From a virus (lineage: Duplodnaviria; Caudoviricetes), in IMG/VR virus record IMGVR_UViG_3300032327_001202, positions 18,828-82,827 of that record: 64,000 nt of DNA; one strand, 5' to 3'. A model generated the notes under the pieces. It saw only the letters and a list, made by a program, of their open reading frames with translations, did not search any database and had not been told where the DNA came from. Both the position numbers and the translations under genes were made by a program. Numbering within the stretch: the stretch's first letter is position 1; the number at the start of each line of letters is the position of its first letter. Below are positions 48,547-59,774 of the stretch, one piece after another.

Positions 48547-49254
48547 ATGGAACAAGAAGTAAAAAAACCAATGTTAGAAAATAGTGTAATTAAACCAAAA
48601 TTAACTATGTCATTTAACGAAACAGAATACAGATTAATTTCATCAGAAAATGAAGTAAACTTAGACACTACAATTGAAGGTATTGAAGCATTCATTACAT
48701 CAAACGATGGTAAAGGTAAATCTGAAACAGAAAAAGATGATTTATATACAAGTGCAAAAGAATTATGGGGTTCTTTAGCCTCTTTGTTAAAAGAAACAAA
48801 TTATACTTTCTATTTAAATAGAAAGCAATATCATTTCTTAAAAGATCTTTTAGAAGAAAAGTTAGAATATGATGTTAACACAGTATTCGTAGCTATTGAA
48901 TTATATAATATGTTAGGTCAGTGGAAAGAATCAGGTGCTAAACAAACAAATGATAAAGATATTAAGGGTTACTCTGCTGATGCAACTGAAATCACTTACA
49001 TTTATCACTTAATTTCTAAGCATAAAGTTAAAGGATTAGGAGCATCTACATTCTTATTCACTGAAATTTTAAGAAAGATTGGTGATCTAAGTAAGATTAT
49101 ATCTTACTATGATAATAAAGCAAAATCTTTATCTAAAGAAATCCAAGATTGGGTGGTAACCTTTGATGAAGGAGTAATTGCTGAATCAGTTGAAGCTCTT
49201 AAAGAAAAAGCTAAGGCTAAAAAAGTAAAAAAAGAAGCTGAAGTTTCTGAATAA
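48547..49254 (+). CDS. Hypothetical protein
   Basis: 235-aa ORF followed by a terminator. Confidence 0.75.
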   Translation: MEQEVKKPMLENSVIKPKLTMSFNETEYRLISSENEVNLDTTIEGIEAFITSNDGKGKSETEKDDLYTSAKELWGSLASLLKETNYTFYLNRKQYHFLKDLLEEKLEYDVNTVFVAIELYNMLGQWKESGAKQTNDKDIKGYSADATEITYIYHLISKHKVKGLGASTFLFTEILRKIGDLSKIISYYDNKAKSLSKEIQDWVVTFDEGVIAESVEALKEKAKAKKVKKEAEVSE

Positions 49255-49256
49255 TT

Positions 49257-49290
49257 AAAAAAAATCCCCTCTTAGTGAGGGGATTTTTTT
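49257..49290. terminator. Bidirectional terminator
   Basis: AAAAAAATCCCCTC-TTAGT-GAGGGGATTTTTT. Confidence 0.8.
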
Positions 49291-49293
49291 TAA

Positions 49294-52200
49294 TTATGGG
49301 TAAATAGTAAATGTATCACTACCTACTTTACCAGTAGTAGTATCTGTTACTGTTAAAGTAACATACGGGATATGGACTGGACTACCAGGGTACCAAAAAG
49401 CAGTCTTTTTATCATCTGGGATTATCTTAGCACCATAATTTGAAGTCCATTTATAAGAATAATTACCACTACCATTAAAAACATTTGCAGTTAAATTATA
49501 ATGTCCACCTAAATTTGTATTTGTTATATAAACAAATAGTGAATTACTCGAATTTCTTTTAATAACTAATAAATCTTTTTCAGAATAATTACCAATACTA
49601 TCCGTCACATAAAATGTAAAATAATAATTACCATTTGATATTAGTCCATTAAATGTAGGTACTAGTGAGTTAGTGCCAACAATAATTGGATTACTTGGAG
49701 GGAAATAAATATCTGTAATCGTCCAAATTATTGAATAAGGAGGAACACCACCTGTTATTAAAGCAGATGTATTTGTATACGAATTATTAGTAATACTTGC
49801 CGTATTACCTGCATAAATATAAAAAATAGGATTATATATGTAGCTACTTATATTTGAATAACCCCCTGTATTACCATTTAAAAATGTCAAATTAGATTTA
49901 ACATACCAACTTTGTGTTGATGATATACTTAAACTATATGTTGTATTTATAGTACTAAATGATGCCGAACTATTTAAATTATTACTACTTGTTCCATAGT
50001 AAAAAGTTATGTAATTAAAATTAGTTGAATTATAATTTAAATTAACTAATATATTAGAACCTGTCCCTATAATATTATTAATAACAGGAATATTATCAAT
50101 AATATTAAGTCCTATATTATATGATGTTGCTGCTTCATATCTTGAATCTCCTAATTGATTAGCAGTTATATTTGTAATACCAGCTCCAATTATAGTTAAT
50201 GTATTATTATTTATAGTTGCTATTGATGTGCTACCTGATGTATAAGTTATAGGTAAATTTGGTATAAATAAATTGGTATTTAAATCTATACTTGAATTTG
50301 TCAATGATATAGGGGTATTATCATAAATATATTTATTTAAATTATTACTACCAGTTATACCTTGCATTCCTTTATATATTGTTAAACTTTGAGTTATTGA
50401 ATATGCTGGATAATAACTAGTGTCACCATCTTGAGTAGCAGTTATAATAACAGTTCCTGCTGAATAAATATTTAATCGAGAAAGATTTGTGACATCTATA
50501 TTTGCTATAGATATACTAGAACTAGTAAATGATACAGTTAAATTAGGAATTGCGCTGGATGAAGCAGAAAGTCCTAGTGTTAAAGGCATAACATTATTAG
50601 TTACATAAGTAATTGGATTTAATGAATCAAATGTTAAATATTGATTTTTTTTCTTAGTATCATTTGTTAACTCTACTTTAATATTACTAGATCCTGTTGC
50701 ATTCACAGTAAATACATAATTTCCTAAATTTTTATTAGATACATTTGTTGGTCCATTATTTCCTGTAACACTCATAATATAAAAAGCATCACAATTGTCT
50801 AAAAATAATTTTACAGTATAAATACCAGTAGGTAAACTTATTGTTCCTGAATTACCATAACTTATTGAAGGATTTATTGTGTAAGAAGGTATTCCAGGAA
50901 TACCTTCTATTTTTGTAAAGGCAAAACTACCACTTCTTTCAGGTAATATAGATATATTTAATAAATTACTCCCTGTAGGAGCAGTTGGTAAAACAGGTTG
51001 TACATATACATATGGAAAAGATGGTTGAGGTTCCGAAGCTATATATGTAATATTTGATTTTTTTGTAGGTAATCCTAATATAGAACGTATTTCATAATTT
51101 TTCTTACTTGTATAAATTAATCCATAATTATTATCAGAAGTTAACTCACATACTATATAAGGGTCTATATTAGAATCAACTGTTATACTAAAAGGATATA
51201 ATTGAGTTCCTAATCTAAACTCACTCAAACTTTGAACAGGTTGCAAATCAACAACTTCCCATTTAGTTATATCTAGCCATATTGGGGAAGGATTAATAAT
51301 ATTATTTAATGGGGTTGAATATGAATAATTTAAAGAAGATTGTGTTCCTATAAATTCATAAATTCTACCTTTATATTTAGCTAACTCTGTCACGGTATAG
51401 TCATAAGTAATACTCCATGTTGCAGTATTTACATATTTTCTTGGATCATTTAAAATATTATCATTCTTATTAGAAATATAATTTAACTCATAATAAGAAA
51501 TCATATCACCTAAATTGTAAGTATTAAACGGATACCATTCAGGAAAAGTCTGATAAGTTTTTACTTTTAAAGTAAAATAATCAGGTATAGTTGAATAAGT
51601 ATAAAAATCAAAATGTACATTATATACAGAACTACCAGAATTAATAGGCATTAAATATGCTTCATTGATTTTAAAATCAATTGGTGACATTGTCTGTGCT
51701 GTATTTAATATAGTTGTTTTATATGATTTATGTTTTATATAAGTAGGATCTAAAAAATCTGCTCTACCAGTTATATCTAAAATTTTATGAGTAACAGGTA
51801 TAACGTTAATATCTAACCATCTTTTTAATCCTTGTAATTTTACAATTACTTCCTCTAAAGAATATTTTAATATATTATTACCTTTTTTATCTGTAATTAA
51901 ATAAGTTAAATTAAATTCATTAGTAATATCATAACTTGAATTAGGATATGTATTAATCAAATAATCTGATTCATTCCAACCTATAACACTACTATCAAAT
52001 ATATCTGGTATTTCAATTTTCTTTAATTGTCCATATTCATAAGAATTAATATCTACATTTCTATAATATTCATAAAGTTGTAAATCATTATATCCAAAAT
52101 ATCTTATAGCATTTATAATTGCTTTATAGGAACCTACATAAGGAAATATTTCATTTTTATACATGAACATTTCCTTTCTTTTCTTATTTAAATAAACCCA

Positions 52201-55200
52201 ATCATACCCTTGTTCTTTTATATTATATTCATTGAATATAAACACATCATCTGCATTAATATTATTTCCTAAATTATCTAATATTGTTTTATAACGAATA
52301 TCTTCTATTTCAGTTTGTCCATAAATATCAAATCTACCAATAACTTTATCTATAGTTTTTATTTGTAAATATAAATAAGTTACACTTCCTAATCTTGGAA
52401 AATTATTAATCATAGTAGTTTCATTTGTAAATATAATACCGTCATTATAACTAACTAAAATTTCTTTATCGTATATTTCAAGTATATTTAATGAAAGACC
52501 GTTATTATTAGAAATATATCTAGAATTTGTATTTGTAGTATCATTTACAAAAATATTAATATCTTGTCCTACTTTAAGACATGTAGAGCCTCCATTATTA
52601 TCAAATAAAAAGCTTAAAGTAGAGTTATAATTAATTGAAATTTTACCCGTATTATTCCCATAATTATCTAATATGTTTTGAAAGGTAATTATGTTATTCA
52701 AATTAGTTTTTAAAGTAAAATTTACATTTTCTTTATAAATTAATTGTAATTTAGATTTAGAATATCCTTCATTTTGAGAATTATAACCTAAAAATACAGG
52801 TAAAGCAACTGGTATATTAGACAAATCTTCTGCATCATGGTATTCTAAAGTATATGAAATTGAACCAAATATTGTTTGTTGAGCTGATGAATCATATATT
52901 TTAGTTATATCTAAATTTGGTGATTTATTTAAATGTATATTTGTTAAAGGCTTAGGACCTTGATAACTTAATTTGCCATTATTACCCAATTGTTCTCCCG
53001 AAAAATCATACATAAAAATATCAGGATTATTATCACTTTCCCAACTCCAAATATATTGAGTACTTGGTTGTCCTATATATCTATCTCTTGGATATCTTAA
53101 AAATTTTCTAGTCTTACACCATATTCCTTGAATTGGATTATATAAAGGATCTAAAATTCCATATTGATTTGGAAATCCACTTTGATATCCTGTTGTTGTA
53201 GATGATGTAAAAGATTGTGTTATATAACTACCTGATGTTAGTCCAACAAATGAATCAGTATTAAATGAAATTAATTCATATGGAGAAGTGTTTAGTGGGG
53301 GTGTAGAATAATCACCCCCACTAAATGGACCTATATAACTAAGTACTATATTAGTGCTAGTAACTTGTAATATATTATACTCCATATTATCTAATACTTG
53401 ATTACTACCATTAACACCGACAACCATCCCAGAGGATAAATTAGCTTGATTAAAATCATCATTTTGATTTACTAAACCAACTGCGTTTGATGTAATTATA
53501 GAACCAGTATTTTCAACATCTATTGGAATTTTATGATAAAAATATTCACCTGGTAAAGAAGATTTACCACAATCTATTTTTATAACTATATTTGTAGTTA
53601 CATGTGTTTTACTAAAATATAAATTATTTGAATATATACCTGTACCATAGTTAACAATTATTCCATAATTATATAAGGTACTAGCAAATGCGTTTACCCA
53701 TTTTTGTATAGTAGGAGCGACATATGTAGTACTTGACGTAGATGATTGGGTTCCATAAGTAGTATTATTTATAGTTATATTTAAATGATTATAAATATTA
53801 TAAAATTCAACATAGAAATCATCTATTATTTGGTAGTTATTTTTATCTGTAGATACTGATAAAACTAAAGGAGTATTTGGAAATATTGTATTAAAAACTA
53901 AATTATCTATATAAGATGCTGATCCAAATATAGAATGAGTATATGATAATAAAATACCTAAGTTATATAAGTCATTTGAATAATCTGAACTAAATTTTAA
54001 TATAGTATTTTGAATGGTGTTCGGTGTATCTAATAAACCATTTTTATAAGTTAACTCAGCAGCTGTATGGTATTTTTGAGAATTAATATTAAATGAGAAT
54101 CCATATTTATCTAAATTTTCAAACCTAATGCTTTTATTAGTTAACTTAGATATATTAGTATTTTCTTCATTTATTAATGTTTCCTGAACACTAAAAACAA
54201 ATTCATTCTTTGGTATATTATTACTAATTATATTACTTGCTGTTATTGAACCAAAATAAGCTTTAATATCACAATAATTATCAGGAAATTTACTTGTTAA
54301 AGTTAAAGTACTTGATAAATCATCATTAGTTATTATTGAAGGGATAATATAATCTGTTAATAAATAACTTTTATATGTTTCATAAAAAGAGTTTAATGTA
54401 ATATTACTTGCAGAATTTCCACTTGTTGAATAGATAAATTTATTATTTAATAAACGAATACTACCTGTATATATATTACTTTGACTTAATAATTTCTCAC
54501 TTATCTTAATATAAGAAATTTTATTACTCCAATAAGTAGAATTATCTGGATAAATACTTGATGTAGCTGATTGTGTATAAGATGTAATACATTCATAAAT
54601 TACTCCATTATATGAATATTGTACTCCTTTATTATAAAATAATAAATCTCTAATACCAAAATTACTAAATGTAGCAATTGTTAAATTACTTATAGTAAAT
54701 TCATTTGATATATCATGGGATTCTATTTCTATTTTATACCCTGATCTAAAACCAACATTTCCACTATTGTTAAAAACAGGTAATATTGAAGAATTAAGTT
54801 GAATTATATGATTAGAACAACTTAATCCAGAATTCTTATAAATATAGGGGGATTGTGTTAGTAAATCATATTCTAAAATAAAGTTATTTCCTGATGGAAT
54901 ATCATTTGAATTAATAACCCAATTATTATAAACATTATCAATATATATATGATTAGCCGTATAAACTCCATCATTTTTTTTAGTATTAACTACATTAACA
55001 ATTCTTTCTCCATGTGTTTTAATACTGTTATATAATTTATTATAAAAATCAGGCTGTGACCAACTACTAATACTTGAGGAATTGCCAATTAAATAATCTT
55101 TTACTCCAATTGCATTAATACAACCAATAGCAGTTATACTAGATGTTGTTGAAATATATTTAGTATAATTTTCATTAGGTTTCTCACTTAGTACCATTAT

Positions 55201-55641
55201 AGATCCTCGTCTAGTTGATATAACATTATAGATTTTATTACTTATACCAAAATCATGAAGTTCCGTATCTTTTGAAACAAAAGTAAATTTGGTTCCAATA
55301 GGAAATAATTTATCAAAATCTTTACCATTTATCCATTTTGAATAAAAGTTAATGTTTTCATTTACTGCTTCAACACTATCTACTATAGAATATGTATTTG
55401 GATTTGTTCTAAAATTAAAACCATATTCATTAAATAATTGAAATTTATCTAAAGCTAAACCTGATAATTGAAAATCAAAAGGATCAACTTCTTCAAAAGT
55501 ATATACTGTTAGAGTTTTAAAAGTATCGGAACTATTTTCTTCAAATAGTAATTCACCTGTATAACAATTTTGATTTGCGCTCCAACCAAAATTTAAACCA
55601 TTTCCATTTTTATCAAAAAAAACTAAAGATTGTGTATTCAT
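49294..55641 (-). CDS. Large virion structural protein (probable baseplate wedge/tail protein with C-terminal Ig-like domains)
   Basis: 2115 aa, S/T/N/Y-rich; central YVGSYKAIINAIRYFG segment resembles baseplate wedge proteins; TSSSISIA..AGTVIITATQDG repeats are Ig-like. Confidence 0.6.
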   Translation of the reverse strand: MNTQSLVFFDKNGNGLNFGWSANQNCYTGELLFEENSSDTFKTLTVYTFEEVDPFDFQLSGLALDKFQLFNEYGFNFRTNPNTYSIVDSVEAVNENINFYSKWINGKDFDKLFPIGTKFTFVSKDTELHDFGISNKIYNVISTRRGSIMVLSEKPNENYTKYISTTSSITAIGCINAIGVKDYLIGNSSSISSWSQPDFYNKLYNSIKTHGERIVNVVNTKKNDGVYTANHIYIDNVYNNWVINSNDIPSGNNFILEYDLLTQSPYIYKNSGLSCSNHIIQLNSSILPVFNNSGNVGFRSGYKIEIESHDISNEFTISNLTIATFSNFGIRDLLFYNKGVQYSYNGVIYECITSYTQSATSSIYPDNSTYWSNKISYIKISEKLLSQSNIYTGSIRLLNNKFIYSTSGNSASNITLNSFYETYKSYLLTDYIIPSIITNDDLSSTLTLTSKFPDNYCDIKAYFGSITASNIISNNIPKNEFVFSVQETLINEENTNISKLTNKSIRFENLDKYGFSFNINSQKYHTAAELTYKNGLLDTPNTIQNTILKFSSDYSNDLYNLGILLSYTHSIFGSASYIDNLVFNTIFPNTPLVLSVSTDKNNYQIIDDFYVEFYNIYNHLNITINNTTYGTQSSTSSTTYVAPTIQKWVNAFASTLYNYGIIVNYGTGIYSNNLYFSKTHVTTNIVIKIDCGKSSLPGEYFYHKIPIDVENTGSIITSNAVGLVNQNDDFNQANLSSGMVVGVNGSNQVLDNMEYNILQVTSTNIVLSYIGPFSGGDYSTPPLNTSPYELISFNTDSFVGLTSGSYITQSFTSSTTTGYQSGFPNQYGILDPLYNPIQGIWCKTRKFLRYPRDRYIGQPSTQYIWSWESDNNPDIFMYDFSGEQLGNNGKLSYQGPKPLTNIHLNKSPNLDITKIYDSSAQQTIFGSISYTLEYHDAEDLSNIPVALPVFLGYNSQNEGYSKSKLQLIYKENVNFTLKTNLNNIITFQNILDNYGNNTGKISINYNSTLSFLFDNNGGSTCLKVGQDINIFVNDTTNTNSRYISNNNGLSLNILEIYDKEILVSYNDGIIFTNETTMINNFPRLGSVTYLYLQIKTIDKVIGRFDIYGQTEIEDIRYKTILDNLGNNINADDVFIFNEYNIKEQGYDWVYLNKKRKEMFMYKNEIFPYVGSYKAIINAIRYFGYNDLQLYEYYRNVDINSYEYGQLKKIEIPDIFDSSVIGWNESDYLINTYPNSSYDITNEFNLTYLITDKKGNNILKYSLEEVIVKLQGLKRWLDINVIPVTHKILDITGRADFLDPTYIKHKSYKTTILNTAQTMSPIDFKINEAYLMPINSGSSVYNVHFDFYTYSTIPDYFTLKVKTYQTFPEWYPFNTYNLGDMISYYELNYISNKNDNILNDPRKYVNTATWSITYDYTVTELAKYKGRIYEFIGTQSSLNYSYSTPLNNIINPSPIWLDITKWEVVDLQPVQSLSEFRLGTQLYPFSITVDSNIDPYIVCELTSDNNYGLIYTSKKNYEIRSILGLPTKKSNITYIASEPQPSFPYVYVQPVLPTAPTGSNLLNISILPERSGSFAFTKIEGIPGIPSYTINPSISYGNSGTISLPTGIYTVKLFLDNCDAFYIMSVTGNNGPTNVSNKNLGNYVFTVNATGSSNIKVELTNDTKKKNQYLTFDSLNPITYVTNNVMPLTLGLSASSSAIPNLTVSFTSSSISIANIDVTNLSRLNIYSAGTVIITATQDGDTSYYPAYSITQSLTIYKGMQGITGSNNLNKYIYDNTPISLTNSSIDLNTNLFIPNLPITYTSGSTSIATINNNTLTIIGAGITNITANQLGDSRYEAATSYNIGLNIIDNIPVINNIIGTGSNILVNLNYNSTNFNYITFYYGTSSNNLNSSASFSTINTTYSLSISSTQSWYVKSNLTFLNGNTGGYSNISSYIYNPIFYIYAGNTASITNNSYTNTSALITGGVPPYSIIWTITDIYFPPSNPIIVGTNSLVPTFNGLISNGNYYFTFYVTDSIGNYSEKDLLVIKRNSSNSLFVYITNTNLGGHYNLTANVFNGSGNYSYKWTSNYGAKIIPDDKKTAFWYPGSPVHIPYVTLTVTDTTTGKVGSDTFTIYP

Positions 55642-55730
55642 TAAAAAATTTATTTATTAATTTTATATATTAAATATAACCTAATCAGTTATTAAATTTA
55701 ATATATAAAATATAAAATATAATTATACAA

Positions 55731-56309
55731 ATGAAATACATTATTAATTTTGAACAAGTAAAAATATCTGAAAATCTACAATACCATATAGATAAAGATA
55801 TTTCTATTTTTGAAAATATATTTAGATCAGGTTCGGATTCATTTTATGAATTATTAAAAGAATCTAGAGAACTTTTTGATAAAAAATCCATAAATATTTG
55901 TGTCGAAGATAAAATTCTTTTTGAAGAAACTGATTTAGGTCACTTTGATTATTATGAAGGTTATTTAGTTCCATTAGATTTACCTTTTGAGGAAGAAGAT
56001 GAAGAATTAAATGAAGCAGAATACCATGGTAAAAAAGTTAAATTAGGACATCCTACAAGAAGTTCTGGCCCAAAAAAATTCCAAGTTTATGTTAAAAATC
56101 CTAAATCAGGAAAAGTAATTAAAGTTAGTTTTGGTGATAAGAAAGGTGGATTAAGAACTAGAATCGGAAATGCTAAAGCAAAAAAATCTTTCAGTCAAAG
56201 GCATAAATGCTCCACTAAGAAGGACAGAACAACCGCTGGCTACTGGTCTTGTAGATTGAATAGATATAAGAATCTATCTGGTTCTGGTAAGACTGGTGGA
56301 TATTGGTAA
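55731..56309 (+). CDS. Hypothetical phage protein: acidic N-terminal half, basic C-terminal domain after an LNEA site
   Basis: EEEDEELNEAEYHGKKVKLG..KVSFGD..RHKC..AGYWSC. Confidence 0.75.
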   Translation: MKYIINFEQVKISENLQYHIDKDISIFENIFRSGSDSFYELLKESRELFDKKSINICVEDKILFEETDLGHFDYYEGYLVPLDLPFEEEDEELNEAEYHGKKVKLGHPTRSSGPKKFQVYVKNPKSGKVIKVSFGDKKGGLRTRIGNAKAKKSFSQRHKCSTKKDRTTAGYWSCRLNRYKNLSGSGKTGGYW

Positions 56310-56366
56310 TTTTTTTATGATTTAATAAAAAATGCTTTAAGGGAAAGTAATATTTTAATATAATAT

Positions 56367-56531
56367 ATGAAAAATATAGAAATAATAAAAAAATTATTAC
56401 CATTAGAACAACACAAAAATTTAGATAAATCAGGGATTTATAAAATAACTAATATTATAAATAATAAGGTACTAAAAAGTAGTGGTTGGTTGAAACAAGA
56501 AGAAAAAACTAAGATACATAATTTTTCTTAG
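56367..56531 (+). pseudogene. GIY-YIG homing endonuclease remnant (54 aa, not in track)
   Basis: Manual translation ...DKSGIYKITNIINNKVLKSS...*; the GIY half-motif is present, and the sequence diverges where YIG is expected. Confidence 0.7.
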
Positions 56532-56583
56532 ATTTTTTTGAACGGTGGAAATGTTATGAGTTATAAAAATAAATACATAATTA

Positions 56584-57567
56584 ATGAATAAATATATAAC
56601 ATCATATGAAAATTATTTTACTTATGATCCTTTATTAGAACCTATAAATGAAGGAAGAGGCATCCCTGAAGATTTAAAATCTGTAATAAATGAAGTATAT
56701 AATTCTATTATAGATTTTATAGAAAATGGAAAAAAAATTAATCTTTTTTCTTTTTCTTATGAAAAATTTAAAATAAAGAATCTTAGAATTAATCTAAATA
56801 TAGATAATAGTAGAAAAGATATATATGCTACTTCACAATTTGGAAAATTTAATGGTAAAGAATTAGAAAATCCTATTATAAATTTGATAACTAATTTAGA
56901 TTTATCAAATTTAAAAGTAGTAATAACTCATGAATTACTTCATATATATGAGATATATAATAGAATAATTAAGATAAATAAAAATAATTATGATATTCAA
57001 TGGTATAATGCTAATATTTTATATAAAATAAGAAATAAATATAATGATGATTTTATAAAGTATTTTATATATTTAATATACTTATCTTTTAATCAAGAAA
57101 TAAATGCAAGAGTTGCTCAAACTTATACTTATTTAATGGAATTAAATAAGTTGAAAACATATTCAAAAGATGAATTATTTTTAGAATTAAAAAAATCTAA
57201 TGCTTGGAAATATAGTGAAGAATTATTAAATTTTGATTTTAATAATAAAAAAATAGATTTTAATTTACTTAAAAAATTTTTAGTAGAATACAATACAGAA
57301 ATAAATAAAAAAATTGTTAAAAAGTTTAATATAAATAAAATTCCTGATACTAATAAAGATTGTTTAGATATTTTAAAATCATATAAGAAATTATTTAAGA
57401 AAAAAGGTTATTATTTTCAACATAAATTAGAAATTATAGTTGATGAAGTTATATTAGACACATTACTATATAACAGAGCATTTAGAACTTTTGAAAATGG
57501 TATAATAAAAGTAATTTTTGATAAAAAGTTACTTAGAGAAAGTAAAATATATAAATTATTAAGATGA
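56584..57567 (+). CDS. HEXXH zincin-like protein, paralog B
   Basis: VITHELLHIYE ... QEINARVAQ; leader MNKYITSYENY..INEG. Confidence 0.6.
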   Translation: MNKYITSYENYFTYDPLLEPINEGRGIPEDLKSVINEVYNSIIDFIENGKKINLFSFSYEKFKIKNLRINLNIDNSRKDIYATSQFGKFNGKELENPIINLITNLDLSNLKVVITHELLHIYEIYNRIIKINKNNYDIQWYNANILYKIRNKYNDDFIKYFIYLIYLSFNQEINARVAQTYTYLMELNKLKTYSKDELFLELKKSNAWKYSEELLNFDFNNKKIDFNLLKKFLVEYNTEINKKIVKKFNINKIPDTNKDCLDILKSYKKLFKKKGYYFQHKLEIIVDEVILDTLLYNRAFRTFENGIIKVIFDKKLLRESKIYKLLR

Positions 57568-57824
57568 ATTTAGCATTTAAAGAAGAAAGAAAAGATAATT
57601 ACTATATCAGAACTTTTAATAAAGATGTTAATATAGAAGATTTAGAATGGCATAGAGATCGTGAGGATCGTTTAATAGAATGTATTGGAGAAACAAATTG
57701 GCAATTTCAAATAGATAATGAATTGCCAATTTGTTTTGATAAACCAATCTTTATTAAAGCAGAGGTTTATCATAGACTTATTAAAGGAGATGGTGAGTTA
57801 GTATTGAAGATTATTAAATATTAG
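57564..57824 (+). CDS. Small cupin-like protein
   Basis: LEWHRDREDR..WQFQ..VYHRLIKG pattern. Confidence 0.55.
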   Translation: MNLAFKEERKDNYYIRTFNKDVNIEDLEWHRDREDRLIECIGETNWQFQIDNELPICFDKPIFIKAEVYHRLIKGDGELVLKIIKY

Positions 57825-58527
57825 CTATGTTATAACTTATAAGACAATCTTTTGGAATGTTTTTAATTGCAAAAACTCCACTAGGTAAATAAGGATCTTT
57901 ATAAAGATAAATTCCTTTTTCTTCTAATTTGTTTCTATCTATTTTAAATAAAACAGGTTTTTTTACATCAAAATCAGGATCATTATATAACCAAGTACAT
58001 TCTTTTTTATCAGTTGCTAAATAAATCCTATCAGGATGATATGCTTTTTTAGACTTACTTTTAGGAACAAGTCCTACTTTTAAGATTTTATCTAAATATT
58101 TCGTATCAGATACGTGATATAGTATATCTGGTAATTTATCATAATCTACTATTGTTCCTGTTTTAGATTCAAACATAAGTGTATAGATTTCATCATCTTC
58201 ATCATCAATATCATTAGAATTTATATATTCTTTTAAATCTAAATCACAATTAGGTATTTTAAAATTACTATCTTTTCTATTAACTATATCGTAAGTATCA
58301 TACATTATTTCAGCTAAATACCAACCATATACATTTTCTATACCAGTTAATATTTCATTATATTTACCAATATGGTTAGGTTTTATACCAAGATAAAAAA
58401 AACCTTCATCTTGTTGATAAAAATCTATACCTTCTTTTAATCCTTTCCTTTTAAGAAATTGTCTTATTTTAGAAAAGGGGTATGTATTAAACCCTTCAAT
58501 AATAAATTGATAATATTTTTTAATCAC
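57814..58527 (-). CDS. ADP-ribosyltransferase-fold (KptA/Tpt1-like C-terminal domain) protein, copy 1
   Basis: LYHVS..ILKVGLVP..YHPDRIYLAT..LFKID..NIP pattern. Confidence 0.65.
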   Translation of the reverse strand: MIKKYYQFIIEGFNTYPFSKIRQFLKRKGLKEGIDFYQQDEGFFYLGIKPNHIGKYNEILTGIENVYGWYLAEIMYDTYDIVNRKDSNFKIPNCDLDLKEYINSNDIDDEDDEIYTLMFESKTGTIVDYDKLPDILYHVSDTKYLDKILKVGLVPKSKSKKAYHPDRIYLATDKKECTWLYNDPDFDVKKPVLFKIDRNKLEEKGIYLYKDPYLPSGVFAIKNIPKDCLISYNIANI

Positions 58528-58532
58528 TATTG

Positions 58533-59237
58533 TTATAATTTTTTATACCCTATAATATATTTAGGGTGTATATTTTCAATTACATAAATACCTCCATCAT
58601 GAAGATTAGAATCTTCATAAAATTTAAAACCTTTTTCTTTTAATCCTTTAGCATCAATTATTAGTATAATAGGTTGTTTTAATTCAAAATCTGAGTGATT
58701 TGCTAATTCCATACAAATATCTTCGCTAGTTCCAAAAAAGATTCTATCAGGATGATAACTAATTTTATCTAAGTGTTTTGGTATAAGTCCTTTTTTCATT
58801 ATTTTAAAATAAAATCTACCATTTGTTATATGATATATCTTATCAGGAATATTTTCATAATCTATGATTCTATCATATTTAGGTTCAAAACATAACCTAC
58901 CTAAAGGTTCTTCATTATTATCTTCTTCCTCATTATCTTCTATATACTCTTCAATAAAATCTTTATAAAAATTAACATCTTTATCTTCTGTAAAATTTTT
59001 TTTATTAACAAATGCTAAATACCATCCATAAAAATTTTCTAATTTAGTAATTATTTGTTTATATAAATATTTATTTGCAGGACGCAATGTTATATAAATT
59101 TTATCTGCACTAAACATACTATAGTAATCATATCTTTGTTTTAATCCTAAACTATCTAAATATTTAGTTACTGTTAAAAAAGGATACGTTTTTAAATTCT
59201 CATTTAAAATAAAGTCATTAAATTTTGTAATAATCAT
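58533..59237 (-). CDS. ADP-ribosyltransferase-fold (KptA/Tpt1-like C-terminal domain) protein, copy 2
   Basis: IYHIT..IMKKGLIP..YHPDRIFFGT..ILIID..NIHP; collinear with copy 1 (ENFYGWYLA / ENVYGWYLA). Confidence 0.65.
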   Translation of the reverse strand: MIITKFNDFILNENLKTYPFLTVTKYLDSLGLKQRYDYYSMFSADKIYITLRPANKYLYKQIITKLENFYGWYLAFVNKKNFTEDKDVNFYKDFIEEYIEDNEEEDNNEEPLGRLCFEPKYDRIIDYENIPDKIYHITNGRFYFKIMKKGLIPKHLDKISYHPDRIFFGTSEDICMELANHSDFELKQPIILIIDAKGLKEKGFKFYEDSNLHDGGIYVIENIHPKYIIGYKKL

Positions 59238-59255
59238 ATTTAATATATATTAAAT

Positions 59256-59774
59256 ATGAAAAATTTAAAAAACTTTAAACAATTTAACGAAGCCCATGTT
59301 GATAAATATGGAAAATTAAGAAATATGAATTGGGAAGAAGATCTTTTTGATGAAGATGAACTAATAAAATTAGCAAGAGCTGGATTTGAAAAAGGTAATT
59401 TTGTTGATGAGGAAACATATTTAATGATGCCATTGAATTTACAGAGTATATATAAAAAAATTAGTGTAGAAGATAATGTTGTGTTTTTTAACCCCCCATA
59501 TATAGTAGAAGATATTTTAGAAGATTATCCGTATGAATGTAAATTATGTATTGAAAATAATATATTAAATTCTAAAAAATTACCTTATTCTTTTGAAGTA
59601 ATAGAAATATTACCAATTGAATATCAAGAATTAATTATTTCATACATAATTAATAATTTTAAAAAATATCAAATAGAAGAAATACAGTTTGATTCATTTG
59701 ACTTAAAAGTTCAAAAAATAATTAATTTTAATAAAGACAAAATTATTATAACATGGAAAAAGCAAGGAAGATAA
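59256..59774 (+). CDS. Hypothetical protein with CTS-like leader
   Basis: MKNLKNFKQFNEA. Confidence 0.7.
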   Translation: MKNLKNFKQFNEAHVDKYGKLRNMNWEEDLFDEDELIKLARAGFEKGNFVDEETYLMMPLNLQSIYKKISVEDNVVFFNPPYIVEDILEDYPYECKLCIENNILNSKKLPYSFEVIEILPIEYQELIISYIINNFKKYQIEEIQFDSFDLKVQKIINFNKDKIIITWKKQGR

